Positions 14,262 through 27,949 of a stretch of DNA of 64,000 nt are shown here, piece by piece; the first letter of the stretch is position 1, and every line of letters begins with the position of its first letter. Below the pieces are notes generated by a model. It ran no database searches, was not told the DNA's origin, and worked only from the letters and a program-made list of their open reading frames with translations. Source of the DNA: Penicillus capitatus (lineage: Eukaryota > Plantae > Chlorophyta); contig OZ287700.1 of assembly GCA_965649825.1 (NCBI GenBank), positions 1,116,001 to 1,180,000 on the forward strand, written 5' to 3'. The translations under genes and the position numbers were made by a program.

Positions 14262-15451
14262 TTGGCTAATCAGGGAGAAGGTATTGTGCTGTGGTTGTCG
14301 ATCCGATTCGTTGTCATGCACATACAACTAGATTCATCGATCGACAGATATGTCATCGGGAGTGCTTGCAGAGTTGAGGGCTCTTTACTGAACTACAGAG
14401 TCGACGATGGAATCGATCTTTATGGATAATCAGGTAACTTAGTCTGCAGCCGCCACCATGATCATACAGTTATGTTGCACGGAATTTGATTGTCGTTGGC
14501 GAACACAGAATTGTGCTTCCGCTTCTATTGACTTAAGATTCGATAGCTTTGTTGAGCAATTGCCTAATCGATCATCAAGGACGTAACCTTTTATCTGTTC
14601 GCTAAGGTGCTCAGAATGTTCGAAACGAAATCTAGATGTGACAAACAATCTTTGATCCGACGCACTCTGTTCGATCTCAGACACACCAACCACGCTTTAG
14701 TTACACACATGTGTGGCGGGGTCGTTGTTTGTGCATGTCCTTCGCGGGATAGAATCGCCATTGAGATTTTTCTGAACCGCGCGAATGAGATTCAAAGAGT
14801 CGATCAATCCTTCGTTTAATCGGAATCGCGTTCTAATCGGTTTGATGGATATGACGTCTGAATCACGAAAATCAATGAACGCTATCCATGATCAGACAGT
14901 ATTCTCAGGTCGAGATACTTTAATACGTCCCGCTTTTGTCAACTTCGACGCTTATTGTTTGTTTATTGTCTGATGGATACTGATACACGGTAGCGACATT
15001 GTTATTTTGTCGACGTGGCTTTCACGTTCTCTTCTCGAATCGGCGAACTTTTTGCCTATTAAAACCGATACATGCATAATCATCGCAGGGTCTGCTTATG
15101 GTGGTTTAGATAAGCGTCGAGCCGTCATCTTCTTAAACCACGACGACGTCATCTGACATCAGACGATGCCATTATCGATCGCGTTACTATCGATTTCATA
15201 TCTTAGTCGATTCGAAAAGGAATGACTATCGTCTCGTTTCTAGCTTGGCTAATCCACTGAACGAGATGACTGCGCTGATCGAGGTCGTTTAAGAGAATAA
15301 TCACTGCATTTCGTCGAGCACCTTTCTGGTGTGGTGTGTGCACGTACGCAAAGTTGAGTACAGAACCATATCGTTGAAGTTTAGTGTACCACAAAACCCA
15401 TCCCTTTAGAGCAATCGTTCTGAATTTGCTGTCTACTTTTCCAACTGAGTC

Positions 15452-16004
15452 ATGAGTTCCGCTCTGGCATTCGCTTTTTCGACAGGCCTTCTCACCGGTG
15501 TCGGCATTAGCGTTGGGGTCGCACTCTACATCTACTGGAGGAATGAGGAACGGCAAAAACATCGTGTTGGAGAAAATCGTCCGGTAGGCGACATATCCTA
15601 TCGTCATGCTATACGGCAACTAAGCGTGAAGGGAGGTAGCAGCAGTCGGTCGGCTGGTAGACCCGATGATGATGATGACGACAGTGACGACGACGATTAT
15701 AAACCACCTCCTGGACAGTCTACAGCCCTCAACCTCTCTCTACGACTGGTACTGTGTCGCTTGATCACAAACGAATAATTAATTGAGCCGTCTTGCGCAA
15801 CAGGTGTGTAATGCAAACGTTCAAGAAGCGGCTAGCAGAGCAATCGATAAAGATCCTGAACTTCGCGAAATGTTAAACGATATCGGAGGTATCTTCTTCG
15901 ATCTTCCGATCTGGTTGTTGTCAGAGTTCGAATGCCTGACAGGAGACATGGCAGGCGCTTCTATTCATCGTCGTCGTGGTGGTGGTGGATCGCATCGGAA
16001 TTAA
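15452..16004 (+). CDS. Hypothetical small membrane-anchored protein, probably spliced
   Basis: N-terminal hydrophobic helix (ALAFAFSTGLLTGVGISVGVALYIYW), acidic DDDDDDSDDDD linker, helical C-terminal exon (DKDPELREMLNDIG). Confidence 0.5.
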
Positions 16005-17548
16005 TCATGGACAGAGAATTGTGCGATCGCTTGCTATAATGTGGATCCACCCTTGTGTATGTAGTCCTTCTGAGTGACTAGTCCATGTCGGTACTGGGTG
16101 AGTCATGCCCACTCGCATCAACTCCGCTCTACATGGCACAACGCTACTGAGCCGTCGTTCTCAACTCTCTCCGCGCTCTACAGCCATCGACGACCTTGAC
16201 GTTTTCTTTTTTTCCCTGAGAATGTCTACCCGCACACAACAGATGTCCACCAAACGCTTTTCACGTTGCGATCCGTCCTTGATCTGCCGAGTTCCGCATT
16301 TACGGTATGAGATGCGTATACGCTGTACCGTGCTGCAGAGCGTCGGCCGCTTACGATGACACAAATCGATGGTCGGCCGACAGCTGACTGAGCTCCGAGG
16401 CGCGCCAGTCTTCGATTCGATCGGGGCTGGAGACGAGGTCGGATCTGAACAGGAGAGCAGGAATTCATTAGAGCTCAGCGCTCCGCAGGAGAAAGAGTCT
16501 GTGATGTGTGTCGCGTGAGCGGATACGAGATGGATGATAAAACAGCTTAGAATAGAAGATCATTTAGAGAAGGCATCGATTTCGTCGTGTCTTTGGTTGT
16601 AGTCGGTCCACATATCTCCGCTCGCGTCTCGGTGTCGAACGCTACAGATGTTACAACATCACTCAAACCTCCGTTTTGATGTCGATGAAAAACCCTCCTC
16701 TCTTCCAGAGATCATGCGCTTTTTCTTTCTTCGGACTGTTTAGGACCGAGGGCGTCGCCAAATGGTATGCGTACGTCAAGGCCGGAAGTCGAGAGGAATC
16801 GGACGGGTATTCTTACAGGTGAGTCTGTACATAGTTTTATACGGTAACGTCACGTCAGTTGACTGTGATGTTCCATGTTCCAACAGAACATCAATCTATT
16901 GAGAAACGCATCCTTCGCTTATCATTAAGAACGTGCTATTGTCGATATCTCTGTTGATCGATGAATCGATGTCGATGAAACTCAAAGGCGTTGAAGAAGT
17001 CTACACAGCTGCTCATATCGTGCAGGAAACACCTTGTGACGCAGTATATACAGTCACTTTTCTTCTATCCGAGGGTCTCGTCGAAGCCGCACAAAATTCT
17101 AGATTAAAAAGCCGTGGAAATGACTTGAAGAATGTCATTGTGTATGAAGTGCGTAAAGAATCTGCACATCGACCGACTTTCGAAGTGCGAATGACAAGTG
17201 GATCAAATATGAACGTTATGAACTCCACATTAAAAGTTGACTGTAACATCGAACGTCTTACGAAATTGGACTGTCCGATTCTGCCGGATGGATGGATGGA
17301 TGGATGGATTCGACAAAAGTGTGACCCTATGGAGTGTGTGCTGCTCACCTACTTGTTTGATCGACATCGACTAAGAGCTCCTAAATCAGAAGACCTAGTG
17401 GTCGTACCAGTGTAATGCAACTGTCGAGTCATCACGCGTAACGTTTTCTTCCGAGCATCCCAGCGGCTTCGCATCCTCGCAGAGACTCGGGTATTTGTTG
17501 CCAGGCGACTGTCGTTTGTTCGCTATCGTTGAAGAAGAGCCGAAAGCA

Positions 17549-19213
17549 ATGGAGTCATATAAAATGGGTTACGTGACCGACTCGCCTGAAGTCGAGACGT
17601 CAGTGGATGAAGGTCACCGAGACTGGGCCTCTCTTCCGTCGCCCGTCATCGACAGTCTCGTTCGCGTACTCAAGGACACTCGCAGATGGAGACTGGAGGG
17701 TCGGTCCCTGAGAATGCTCAACAGACACTGGTCCGCAGCCGTCAGTATGCACGTAGAGGAGATTCGTCCCGACACCGCGCGATGCATTGTCGACGAGGAC
17801 GTCACGTCGCTGCTCAAGTTTGAACGAATGACATCCGTGGACATCTCGCCATTTCTGACTCCTCCTTCCAAATATGCATTGCCGAAAGACGGCAAACAGG
17901 AGAAACTCTGCTTAGAAAACTGGTATGGCACGAAGTTGGAGAGGGTTGTTGACGTGCTCTGCCAGTTGCCAAAGCTGACGCAGATCGAAATCGGAGTTAG
18001 GGTGGTGATCATCTTCCATCAGCATTGTGCAATGGCGCAAGAACAGCTTTCGAGACTTGCAAACATCACCTCGCTATACCTGTATGACGAAGAGAACCTC
18101 AAGCTGTACGGCAAAACACACTTAAGCACATCCTCTATGTGGTCGTTCTGTTATCCGCCGAGGGGTTATTATAGCGCACTGGATCAAATAGTGGAAAGTA
18201 TAAAGCCATTGGAGTCATTGGAAATGGAAGGGTCCATGGTGAATGATTGCAAGCAGTTTGCTTTTCTAAACAAAGCAAAAAATGTGACACTCCACAGCGT
18301 GGACGTTCGTTTAGTTACTCGACTGCCAAATCCGTGGTTGACAAGAGTCCCTTCGGTGTTAGTAGCGTCCAACAATAGCTTCGCACTTGACACATATTCA
18401 AAGCTGAATTGTTTGGTTGGCTTAAACCTAATGGGGCCGTATCAAGACAATCTGGATCAATTGTCTAGTAGTCATGTTGCGAGATATCTGAAAGTTCTCA
18501 ATATTGACGGCTGGGATGAAGAAGACGAACTCGTCATTCCAAACGATGCTTTCTATACCTTCGAACAGCTGGAGTGTCTGAATATTAGATCATGTCATTT
18601 CGATGGAGCATCACTCCGGGGAAGTCTGCCTAATCTAAAGGCATTAAGAATCGAAGCCTGTACATTGACGGACAGTGATGTGACTTTCGTGTCCCAGTTC
18701 GGAAGACTTAAGCTCTTGGTTTGAAAGGGCGTATTTTCGTCAAATTTTGCGTTTCATGAAGTTGGTTGTCGACAGTCACTACCTCTGCCATGGGAGAAGA
18801 TGACACTGCTAAAACTGCGATCTCTAAGTGTCGTCCCAATTCTCAATGACTCTGAGCTTCTTTTTATTTCACAGCAAACGAATCTGGAAGTTCTTCGCAT
18901 CGAATTGGAATACAAATCCAGTCGTGCTGGAACCGTAACAGACCAAGGAATACATGCGCTGGAGAATCTGCATAATCTTCGTATCTTGTGGACACAGTCC
19001 TTCGAACCCAGACAACAAAGAATATTGTCGTCTCTGCTGTCCACCAACTTTGTCACGAGATTGGAGCAATTGTGGCTGCCGCACATCGCACACTATCCAG
19101 AAGATGAGCAGTTGTTGAAACGCATAAGACGCAGATCACCTCATACGATGTTGAAACTGGGTGATATGAGTAATCACTCTTTCATTGAGTTCGATAGAGG
19201 TTGTTTCATATGA
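17549..19213 (+). pseudogene. F-box/LRR protein copy A, intronless, with an in-frame premature TGA (18722-18724)
   Basis: F-box-like WASLPSPVIDSLVRVL..LRMLNRHWSAAV followed by LRRs; TGA aligns to TGG (Trp) of copy B and the same frame continues to 19213. Confidence 0.8.
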
Positions 19214-21084
19214 CTGAAACCGCAAGAGCGGACGAGATCTCGATAGAAGTGCATTTGACAAAACACCTGAACTCTATTGGAAACAGCCACACTTGTATAT
19301 TCAGGACGTAGAAACCATGTGGGAGTTCTTTTTCTTCCGCTATGCTTCTCAAATCAGACGGTTCCTTGACGTGTATGTTTGCGACGGGTAAGACGGTTCC
19401 TTGATCTTGACGAACGTCTCAAATGTTAAGGCTTGACAATATCGAACAATCACTCTTGTGTCCTGGATGTTTGTCCATTGCCGTGTTCATTGATTGCTCG
19501 ATCACGATCAAACGGTCACGAGGTGTGTCGAGACGCATTCGTGTTTTCCGTTGTCGACGCTGCGGTTAAACCTAGACTTTAGAACAAAGAGGTCACTCTT
19601 TTGTCTCTGTTTCGAACGAGTTCGACAAACGACGACGACGACAATTGGTTTGGTTCAATGAAACTTAGTAATGACAGTATTTACTGATAGTCTCGGCCGT
19701 TTTATTTGATTACATAGTTGCCAGCAACTCGCGATTCTAACAAACATAAGAAATAGAACGCGAAGGTCGGAAAGATTAGTAGGAGTTAGTGGCAAGCCTC
19801 GTTATACTGAGGCAAAGTGAATGAAACTCAGGCAGACCAACGATGGAGAAAGGAACGAAACCCGGATCTAGGGTAAGTCAAAATGAAATTGACCTGTCTT
19901 CCGGTGCGTTCGAACCCGTTTGACTCGTCAGCGACAGCAATCGCATTGCCCCTTACCAGATCTGTCGTTGAGTTAACGACGGCTGAGATCTACCCTATCA
20001 CACAATCGACATCTAATGTCGAGGCTAAGAATTCTTAGAAATCCACGCAATCGTCTTGCAGGTCGAACATGACCCCAAATCCCACTTCCTATGCCAGAAA
20101 ACAGAGATATATCTGCTACAGTCTTGAAATTCTGAGATCTTAAACATTTCAGAGCGTCAGTGGCACCTCATGTGGTTTTACACGGATGCAATAGGAATCA
20201 GGTATACGTTGGGCGCATTAACAACGTGAAGTGTTTCTGTCATTCTGAATCGACGATATCGAGAATCATCCAATCGCGCAAAATCGACACTTGTTAAACG
20301 TTTAAACAATCGAGAATGTCTCATCCAATCGAGAGCGCGATCGATCGCAATCGCTCTGATCGAAGTCGACTTTGTCGAACTCGATAAACACTTCCTATCT
20401 GGAATCGAGTCCCGGGAGGCAATTAGTCGACGAAGCTTTTATCGGCGAAACGAAGCGTCTTGTACGGATATAACCAGTGAGCGTTCGACGATCGATTCTG
20501 AATGCAGTTAGTTATCTCTGTGACCGCTTCAATGATGTTCGATCGGCTTGTCAGTGTTAAATATCACGTTTGCTCATTGCAGTAAGTAACACATGGAGTC
20601 AGTCGATTCTTTATAATCTTACTGAAGTCGACTCTAGTAGTGTTTTTGGCGTTAACCTGATTGCGCGGTTTGACTACTGTTGTAAAAAAACTTCATTCTC
20701 TGAAAGTCGAGCACAGTTGATGCGGAAGTGTGGAAAAACGCTAATCTAGCGTTTTCAAACTCTATCATCGAACAGTGTATAACGAAAGGGGCCACGATCA
20801 TCCTCAGGTAGCTTTGATCGAAAACTGTCTTTACGACGTTCAATCGAACAATATGATAGCCATAGTGGCCGACTTGGTATAGCAGTTTGCTCGCCTATAA
20901 TAGCGTCTGATTGCATCGAGTCGAATCGATTTCTTTGACGTGGCGCGTTGAGCATTGTTCCCGCCGTTTTCGGATGCTCGATCGGGTCTCCGATCCGAAT
21001 GTGTCCGCAATCGACCACATTCGGTCGCCTGGGTCAGACGCCGCTATCAATTGTATCGACTCCGGTATTACATGCCACTGTGAC

Positions 21085-21214
21085 CGATGCGTTAAGAGCG
21101 CTTAGCAGCAGGAAAGATTCGCGATCGAAATCCCTTTCGCCTGCCTTATACATCATCGATAAACGATCGAAGAAAGTTATCCGATCGACGGACAATTATC
21201 TGTTTGTCTAAATG
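21085..21214. other. 130-nt non-coding block nearly identical to 33448-33577, with hairpin potential
   Basis: 129/130 identity by manual comparison within otherwise visibly diverged spacer DNA. Confidence 0.85.
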
Positions 21215-22017
21215 ATTGTCCCATCCACTGTCGATATTCAATCGGAATAGTAATGTACTCACCGTGTATGCTGTGTAGACGTCGCAGAACGCATTCGGAA
21301 GATCGGCTCCTTGTGATGATGCGAATCGGCCATCGACGGAAAACCAAGCTTGGAGAAGTTATCATTGTCACAATCGAAACGGATGACGGTGTTTCGATCG
21401 GAACTGATGAGAAAGAAGCCATTGGAATGCAGTACTTTGAGGGAAATCGAGTCAGCATGTCCTGAGACCAGTGCGCATCGGGAACGATGAGAAAGGATCA
21501 AAGAATGGAAACTCTGCGTGGAATAGGCATCGATCGTGTTGTAACTGTTGTAAGGTGTCGGAGAGATCGAAGATGTTTACAGAGAACCGTACAATTATAT
21601 AAGCCGCGCATTACTGTAAAACACCCTTTTAAGATACGTCGTTTTTGAAGGATCGTTTTCAGAAAGAGTCGACGATCATCGAAAACGATTAATTGAACCT
21701 CACAACGTGTCGCATCAGAATATCCTCACGACCCCTATTTGGATCTTTCTAGTTCGGCATGTCGACACATTCTTTTGTAACTTTTGTTCTCAGCATGCAC
21801 CAACAATTCTTGAAGGAAACGCGATCAGTTATTCTAGCTAGCATCTTTTTCTTTTTGAAGATATGTGTTGTACTAGACATTAGTGAAAGGCGTTAGGTGA
21901 ATTAATCGCCAATCATGCGAAATGATTATCGATCTCTTGTTGATCGCATTGATAGACACATAGTATTTTAGAGAAGTTGGCTACTCTTGGATGTACTCAT
22001 ATGTGTCAAAACTCAAC

Positions 22018-22253
22018 TACATGTCTTTGGCAGGTTTGGAAATGCTTGAGATGCCTTTTTTGGTACACGAAACACAAGTCAAGACCTCTTTCGACGCAAG
22101 ATCCCATCGAACAACCTTCACTGGAGATGCGTGCAAAACAAGAGACATCGTTGGTTTATTTCTCGATCCCTTCACTGTCAGTGCATTATGCAGTAGACGA
22201 GGGACGATGCGCTAGAGCACGATGTTATTCTTTTCTGTAAGCAGTGTGTCGAT
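22018..22253 (-). pseudogene. 3'-terminal remnant of an NLR1-like gene
   Basis: Homologous to 38911-39150 (..IVPRLLHNALTVKGSRNKPTMSLVLH..); CAG>TAG at 22212-22214, 2-nt deletion near the end, no upstream continuation. Confidence 0.88.
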
Positions 22254-24020
22254 CATACGACTTGTTGTGTCGATGGTTCTTGTGACAAAGTGGCGCGATT
22301 CGTCGACGTTATCGCGCCGTTCCTGAATCGATCGCTTTTGATAGAAATCGAACCGATCGTCCCTTCACTTGTCAGTTCCGCTAGTTCGAGGTGCCACAGA
22401 CGATCTCAATTGTTCACAAACTTTCAGTCGATGGCATCTCTGTCAGCCGGTAGATTCAAGAGTGAGGAAACATGGTTTGCTACAGAGAAACACTCTTTGC
22501 AAATCGCAAGGTTGGATGTTGTTGTCACTAGAGATTCTCCGTCCTCGTAGGATTAAACCGATCCTCTATTTATCTGTCAGATTTTTTCGCAAAGACCAAC
22601 TATAAGAATTTTTGATATATTATTTACGCACTTCGGTACGATTCACACTCGGCGTTTCCGCAGTGAGGACGTTGTGAAGCGCAAAGCCACAGAGAATGCG
22701 CTCAGTATCTCGTGCGCTGTAATGTGACATGACATTGCGTACTGAGTACTGTGTAATCGCATCGTTCTAACATAGTACTCCAGCAAAAGTACGACCGACA
22801 CTCTGTCACAGCCATCCTCGTAGCCCTCACTATAATGAGGTTGCGTTTTGTCTCACGGCGCCGAACTCGTTCACAGAGAATTAATTCGGCATGACCTCCT
22901 TAAAGCGGATTCGAAAACGATACTGCCACACGTACCGAGCAAAATGACTGTTTCTTGAATTCAGATCTCATGTCAGCACGTCTTTTGTTGGTCACTGAGA
23001 AGAAGATCACATCCCTATTTGTGTTTATTGTGAGAGTCGGCCAGACGGCCGAGTCCGGACAGGATGGCGAACCGCGCAGGGGGACTCCGTCGGCAATGTA
23101 TAATTAAATACTTAGAAGGATACAACAGAACTGTTCCGTGTACATACTCAGAATGACGTCAGTCCTCTCCCATGACAACGGCGTGCATGATGAGTCTCTA
23201 GCGCAACGAACATCACATTCATAAACATCTATTTGATGCTCGCTCTGAGATTTTATAGGATCTTCGACTCCGAAGGTCTGTCGCTGTTCCCGAGGCATGT
23301 AGTTTGATGGATTTCAAAGGGCAATGTAGTAGAGTCTTGCAAGATCAATGGAAATGCAGAACTGAAGACGGCTCGCTTAGGACGAATCGAAATCATGAAG
23401 ACTCTGTATCCATCTCCACAAGCAAAATCCCCCACAGACGGAGAATTTGAATGCCTGAAGAAGTCGACTGACGATCACCATATACCAAAACGCACAAGAA
23501 TCGGTCAGGTTGCCTCTCGATTGACGCTATTATGCATATCTAAACGGTCACCATCTTGAGAATGCGCAAAAGCGAATTCGTCGATTGCTTGACTCAATCG
23601 GCTTTTCCTTCACATTCAGACATCCGAAGCGAGCCACCTCAGAAGTTTTTCGAACTTTCTTCGATAACAACAGTCAATCTGCAGAGGAAGACAAGGAGAT
23701 GACATCTGCCAACTCGTAGTGGAACTACTACGCACAACGAATCTACCCTATCTAGGCAGGGAAGGACGGGTGATCGTCCATCCGCGTTCCTTTCGTGTTG
23801 ACACGCAAAAAATTTCATTGCACAAATCAAACTCGAACGGACAAACATCAAAACGAAGCAAGGCATTTGAGAGCATCAACAAAAACGTCACCAACAACCG
23901 GCAGTGCATTAATGATCGTCTTTTGTGTTCCGCAGTACTCGCCTATCCATTCATTTTTGTGTTCCCAGTGCTATCGCGTCTTCCAAGACGAGCAAATCTA
24001 AATGCAAGTTAAAAGGCATT

Positions 24021-27000
24021 CTAGCGAATGTGCTGCCATAGCTCTGGATTTTGTTTGGTATTTTCATGTTGCAATGCAATAAAGGATACATTGTCTCCAA
24101 GGTAAAATTTATTCTTCGATACAGGATGAAGACTTGCACCAAACTTGTCAACAACGTCGTCATCGTCCCTCAGGTATTCCAGAGACAGCCTCGGCCTCCG
24201 ATGATATCCAAATCTCCATTGCTTGAAGTCCTCGTCTGGAATCTCCAGTGTTGCCTGAATGCGTTTCTTTATATCTCTCAGCTTTTCTCCTTTCTTTGCA
24301 CGGATCCACAGAGGATCTCCGAAGAACGTCGGCTTGATGCCGTTGGTTTCGCAATGACAACAATGCACCAAGTACTCGTCCGATTTTAGGTACCGTTGAT
24401 CTTCTGGTATAACTTCTGCTCGAAGGGTCCAGTCATTCTCATGCAGCGACTCGAGCGGTGTCTCGTGGTCCAGCACCTGATCGCAGAACGATCCGTGTCG
24501 TATGAATTGATGTAACACGTTACTTTGTAGATTCTGGAGCGCAGAATTCTCATGAAGCGGAAGTCGGAATCGGCATAATCATCGCCAAGCTCCTGCTTCA
24601 ACTGCTCGATAAGGTCACCGTTTGTTTTCTCTCGGGGTAGTTGGAACATGTGCATAGACTGCAGTTCAGATTTCTGGTTGTGAAAGCATATACTCACACA
24701 TTTCATCCTTTCCAGAGAAGGGAGCTGCATGTCCAGTACCTCATAGTAGAGGATATTCGTGTACCGGTTGGAGTCCAATAGCATGGCTTGTAAACGGTTG
24801 ATGCCATTGTATTTTATGGGATTTCTGTGTGGCACATCAGGATCAATATTGTGTTGTGTCAGACGAATCTTTTTGGGATCTTCCACTTTCAGATGATTAG
24901 CCACTTCGATCGTCACTTGATCGTAGCTCATCGTCTCCAGCAGTTCCAATTTGAAGCCGCTATCCTATAAACATTGTCACATAATGTGCCAGCTGTGAGA
25001 CAAAGAGAGGACCTTAGGATTCTCGAACGGCCTAAAACACACAACTCTGTGGTTCCGAAAGAACTCCAGAAAGGACTCAACAGTCGGATGAGGAATGGTC
25101 TGCTCGGTCGTTTCAGCCCCTGTGACGCATTCCTGAATTATAATGATGTCACCTTGGATGAGCTGACACTGCAATAGAAGAGGAGTGAGATCCGGTATAA
25201 CATGATGAGCACCTCACCTTTGCTACTGTGTGATCAAGTTGCAAATGTGGACAGGTGACGTGGGGATGAGACTTTTCTTCTTTGACTCCGACGATATCTA
25301 CATTCTGCGGAAGGCCTCTCAATTTCTTCGCCTCGTCCAGAATTCTTCGAATCTGCATCGACTCCTCAACATAGAGATGTCCGACGTACGAGAGCCTTCT
25401 GAGTCTTGGATCATAGTGCTTGATAAAGATGAGAATCTCCTTCCGCTGCAACGAATGCAGGACATCGCCGACGTCCGGCGTCTCCAGAAAGAGCTTGACT
25501 GTCATCAAGGCGGTCTTCTCGAAGACCGGTGACAGATCCCTCTCTTTGAAGGCCTTGAGATCCAGGACAGTTTTGATCTCGCCGAACCCCGTTTCCAAAT
25601 GCCTTTCGATTCTCGTGGTCCCATTTTCACGCTGGGTCCATAACCAGAAGCGCTGGAGATGTTTAGCAATGCCAAAGTCTCGGCTGACCATCTCTTTGAA
25701 ATCTTCGAACGGCGTCTTCTTGTGCACTCTGTAGTGCTGGACGTCGTCAAAATCTGCCAAGCCAAAGTAACAGCTCTCTCCCAACTGTTCAGCAAAGTGC
25801 TTTTCGCATGCCAACTTGATCGCCACGTGTAAATGTCCCTCTCTTTTCTCTTCCTGTCGTCTTTCCTTCTTCGCCTGCTTTATCTGCCAGGGTCTCATTT
25901 CATGAGGTGAGCATCACCATAAGCAATTCCTTACCTCGAGCATTCTTCGGACGGGATCCGAGATGTCTTCTTTGCCAGTCTCGCACATGACCCAGTCCCA
26001 ATCCGACGTTCGAATGTACACCAGGATGTGAGCAGTAGTCCGCGTTGAACTCTTGAGGCCTTTTGCAAAACTCGACGCGACCGTATTGTGTTTACCGCCT
26101 GTGCTGTCACATCACATCACTCACGAATTCTAACGGAAGAACGTGGTTTGACCGAATTGCGCGGTGATCGCTTGGATTTCAGACGCTTCGTTGACGATTC
26201 CATCGTCAAAGTTGTACCATTTGCTGTTCGATTTGATGAAGACGGAGTAATGCCATCCATGTGACCTTTCGCTGCGCACGATCACACTGAACAGTCGATA
26301 CTTGTTGACGATTTCCTTGTCGGCGGTTTCTGAAAGCAGAGCGCGATCATTGAAATCGAGGTCCAATTCGTCGTAGAACTCGTAGTAAGCATTCTGCACG
26401 AAAAAAAAAACACACTACCGTCACTCCTGCGGAAAAGAAAACCAACGCGTCACATCACATACTTTGACGACGCTTTTGCGAATGGGGTCATAGCCAAATC
26501 GTCTCAGACGCAACTGCAGAACAGGAGGGAAGCCGTCGAACCGTACATATTCAACTTCCTGACAAGAGAGGTCTTGCTCACTCGATCGAGGCGTCGCGAT
26601 TCAAAAAGTTAGATCTGACCTGAGGTCCGTATTTGTCTGTATTGTACTTGTTCGGCCCTTTCAGAACCGCCTTTGCGCAGTAGCTCTCCAGGGATTCGTA
26701 GACGTTCCTGCATCCCGACACATCCAACTCGATTCCCATGTACGGCTCTTTGTGTGACGAGGTGTATGGAAAAACTGGACACTCCGTATAGGTTGAGTAA
26801 TACCCAATGAAGAGATCAGCAATGACAGTCTCCATTTTCGTCCCCTAAAAAGAGTTGCGGGCTTATGCAACTGAGCATAGAGCGAATCTGACCTTCATCA
26901 TCCCCTCTAGTCTCAGGATCAACATCAGTTGCATTTTTTGGATGGTGCACTCTAAGGGACCATCATCCGTTCCCCACCGGAAGGATTTTACCACATCTTT

Positions 27001-27949
27001 TGTGTTGACTCTCGAGTTCTGGTATTGCAGCTAAACAGCAGCAGCAGAGCCGCCCTTCATCGAGCGACCTCATATTTCTTTACTCACCCTGTAGAAGAGC
27101 TTCTGCAGTGCCAAAGGAACTGATCGATCTGGCTCATCCGTCTCCAATGTAGGCATGCGATAAACCGCCTAAACCGTATATTGTCACTTTAGCGTCCATC
27201 ACATCAAGTGCCCGAATTTCTACTTTTCTGAAACGGCGCACGTGATAGAGATAATTAAGGAATGCGTTTATGAAACCGTTGTCTCCCCTGGCCTTCAAAC
27301 CAACGAATCCAGTCTGTCTGCGCGACTGTCTGTCCATTTGCATGTCTCTCTGCACTGTAATATTAACCGTCAACAAAAACGTGTCGTTGACCACAAAACC
27401 GGTTGTTGGATCACGCGTGTCGCGCAGAGGCAGGAATCGAGGGAAACCCCAATCCATTTCCTCACTCGTGAACACATGACTCGCCTCTGGACACAAAAGA
27501 GTGAGAGCTCGTAATGAGAGAGGTGGCAAACCGCGTCTAATGGATTTTGATTCTTGTTCCTGATTGATGGCCACTAGTTCAAATTGCGTTTTGGGACAGA
27601 GCTGGGGTGGAGTGAATGGTGCTTCCGGGAAATCCAAAAAGACACTAACGAAGTCTCTTTCCTTGACACTTTTATTGCCTCTCGGAAACAGCATCAATCG
27701 CCTACGTGCATCCCTTTAAAGCATTTATGATAACGTAATGACAAAGATATACCAGGTGTATGAGTCGATATCGAATTCAGGCGACTGGCTGTTTTCTTCT
27801 TCGATTTGCGAAAAGTTCTCTACGCGCCACTGCGAACGCAAACACCACGTTGGAGTGCATATTTCATAAACCCTTTTGCTCACTGTGTATGTTCCATGCC
27901 ATTTCGACGGTTGTTCTGTCTTCGTCGTCGCTCTGTCCGTTGCGCTCAT
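24021..27949 (-). CDS. UBP12: UBP12/USP7-like protein (MATH + USP + UBL domains), multi-exon, predicted catalytically inactive
   Basis: MATH (LMLFPRGN..DWGFPRFLPL), AVYRMPT..VPLALQKLFY, ELDVSGCRNVYES, HY..WYNFDD, HILVYIR, UBL motifs QRFWLW, IRLTQHN..ILYYEVLD; the Cys box reads GLKARGDNGFIN. Confidence 0.93.

Larger units (their letters stand above)
17345..22255 (+). repeat. Segmental duplication copy A (F-box/LRR gene + spacer + NLR 3' end)
   Basis: Colinear homology of about 17345-21720 with about 29540-34085, and of about 21590-22255 with about 38435-39150. Confidence 0.92.

Noticed and set aside
11650-15200. Possible decayed transposon or pseudogenes (protein-like frames with stops near 12300-12540 and 13080-13350)
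   Set aside because: No transposase or RT motifs, TIRs or LTRs seen; cannot be supported without a search
16933-17415. 160-aa ORF upstream of F-box copy A
   Set aside because: No motif; runs through a (GATG)n microsatellite; not conserved upstream of copy B
20755-21018. Similar short minus-strand ORFs in both spacers (also 33052-33381)
   Set aside because: The similarity is limited to the first ~27 codons, after which the frames diverge; explained by DNA duplication alone
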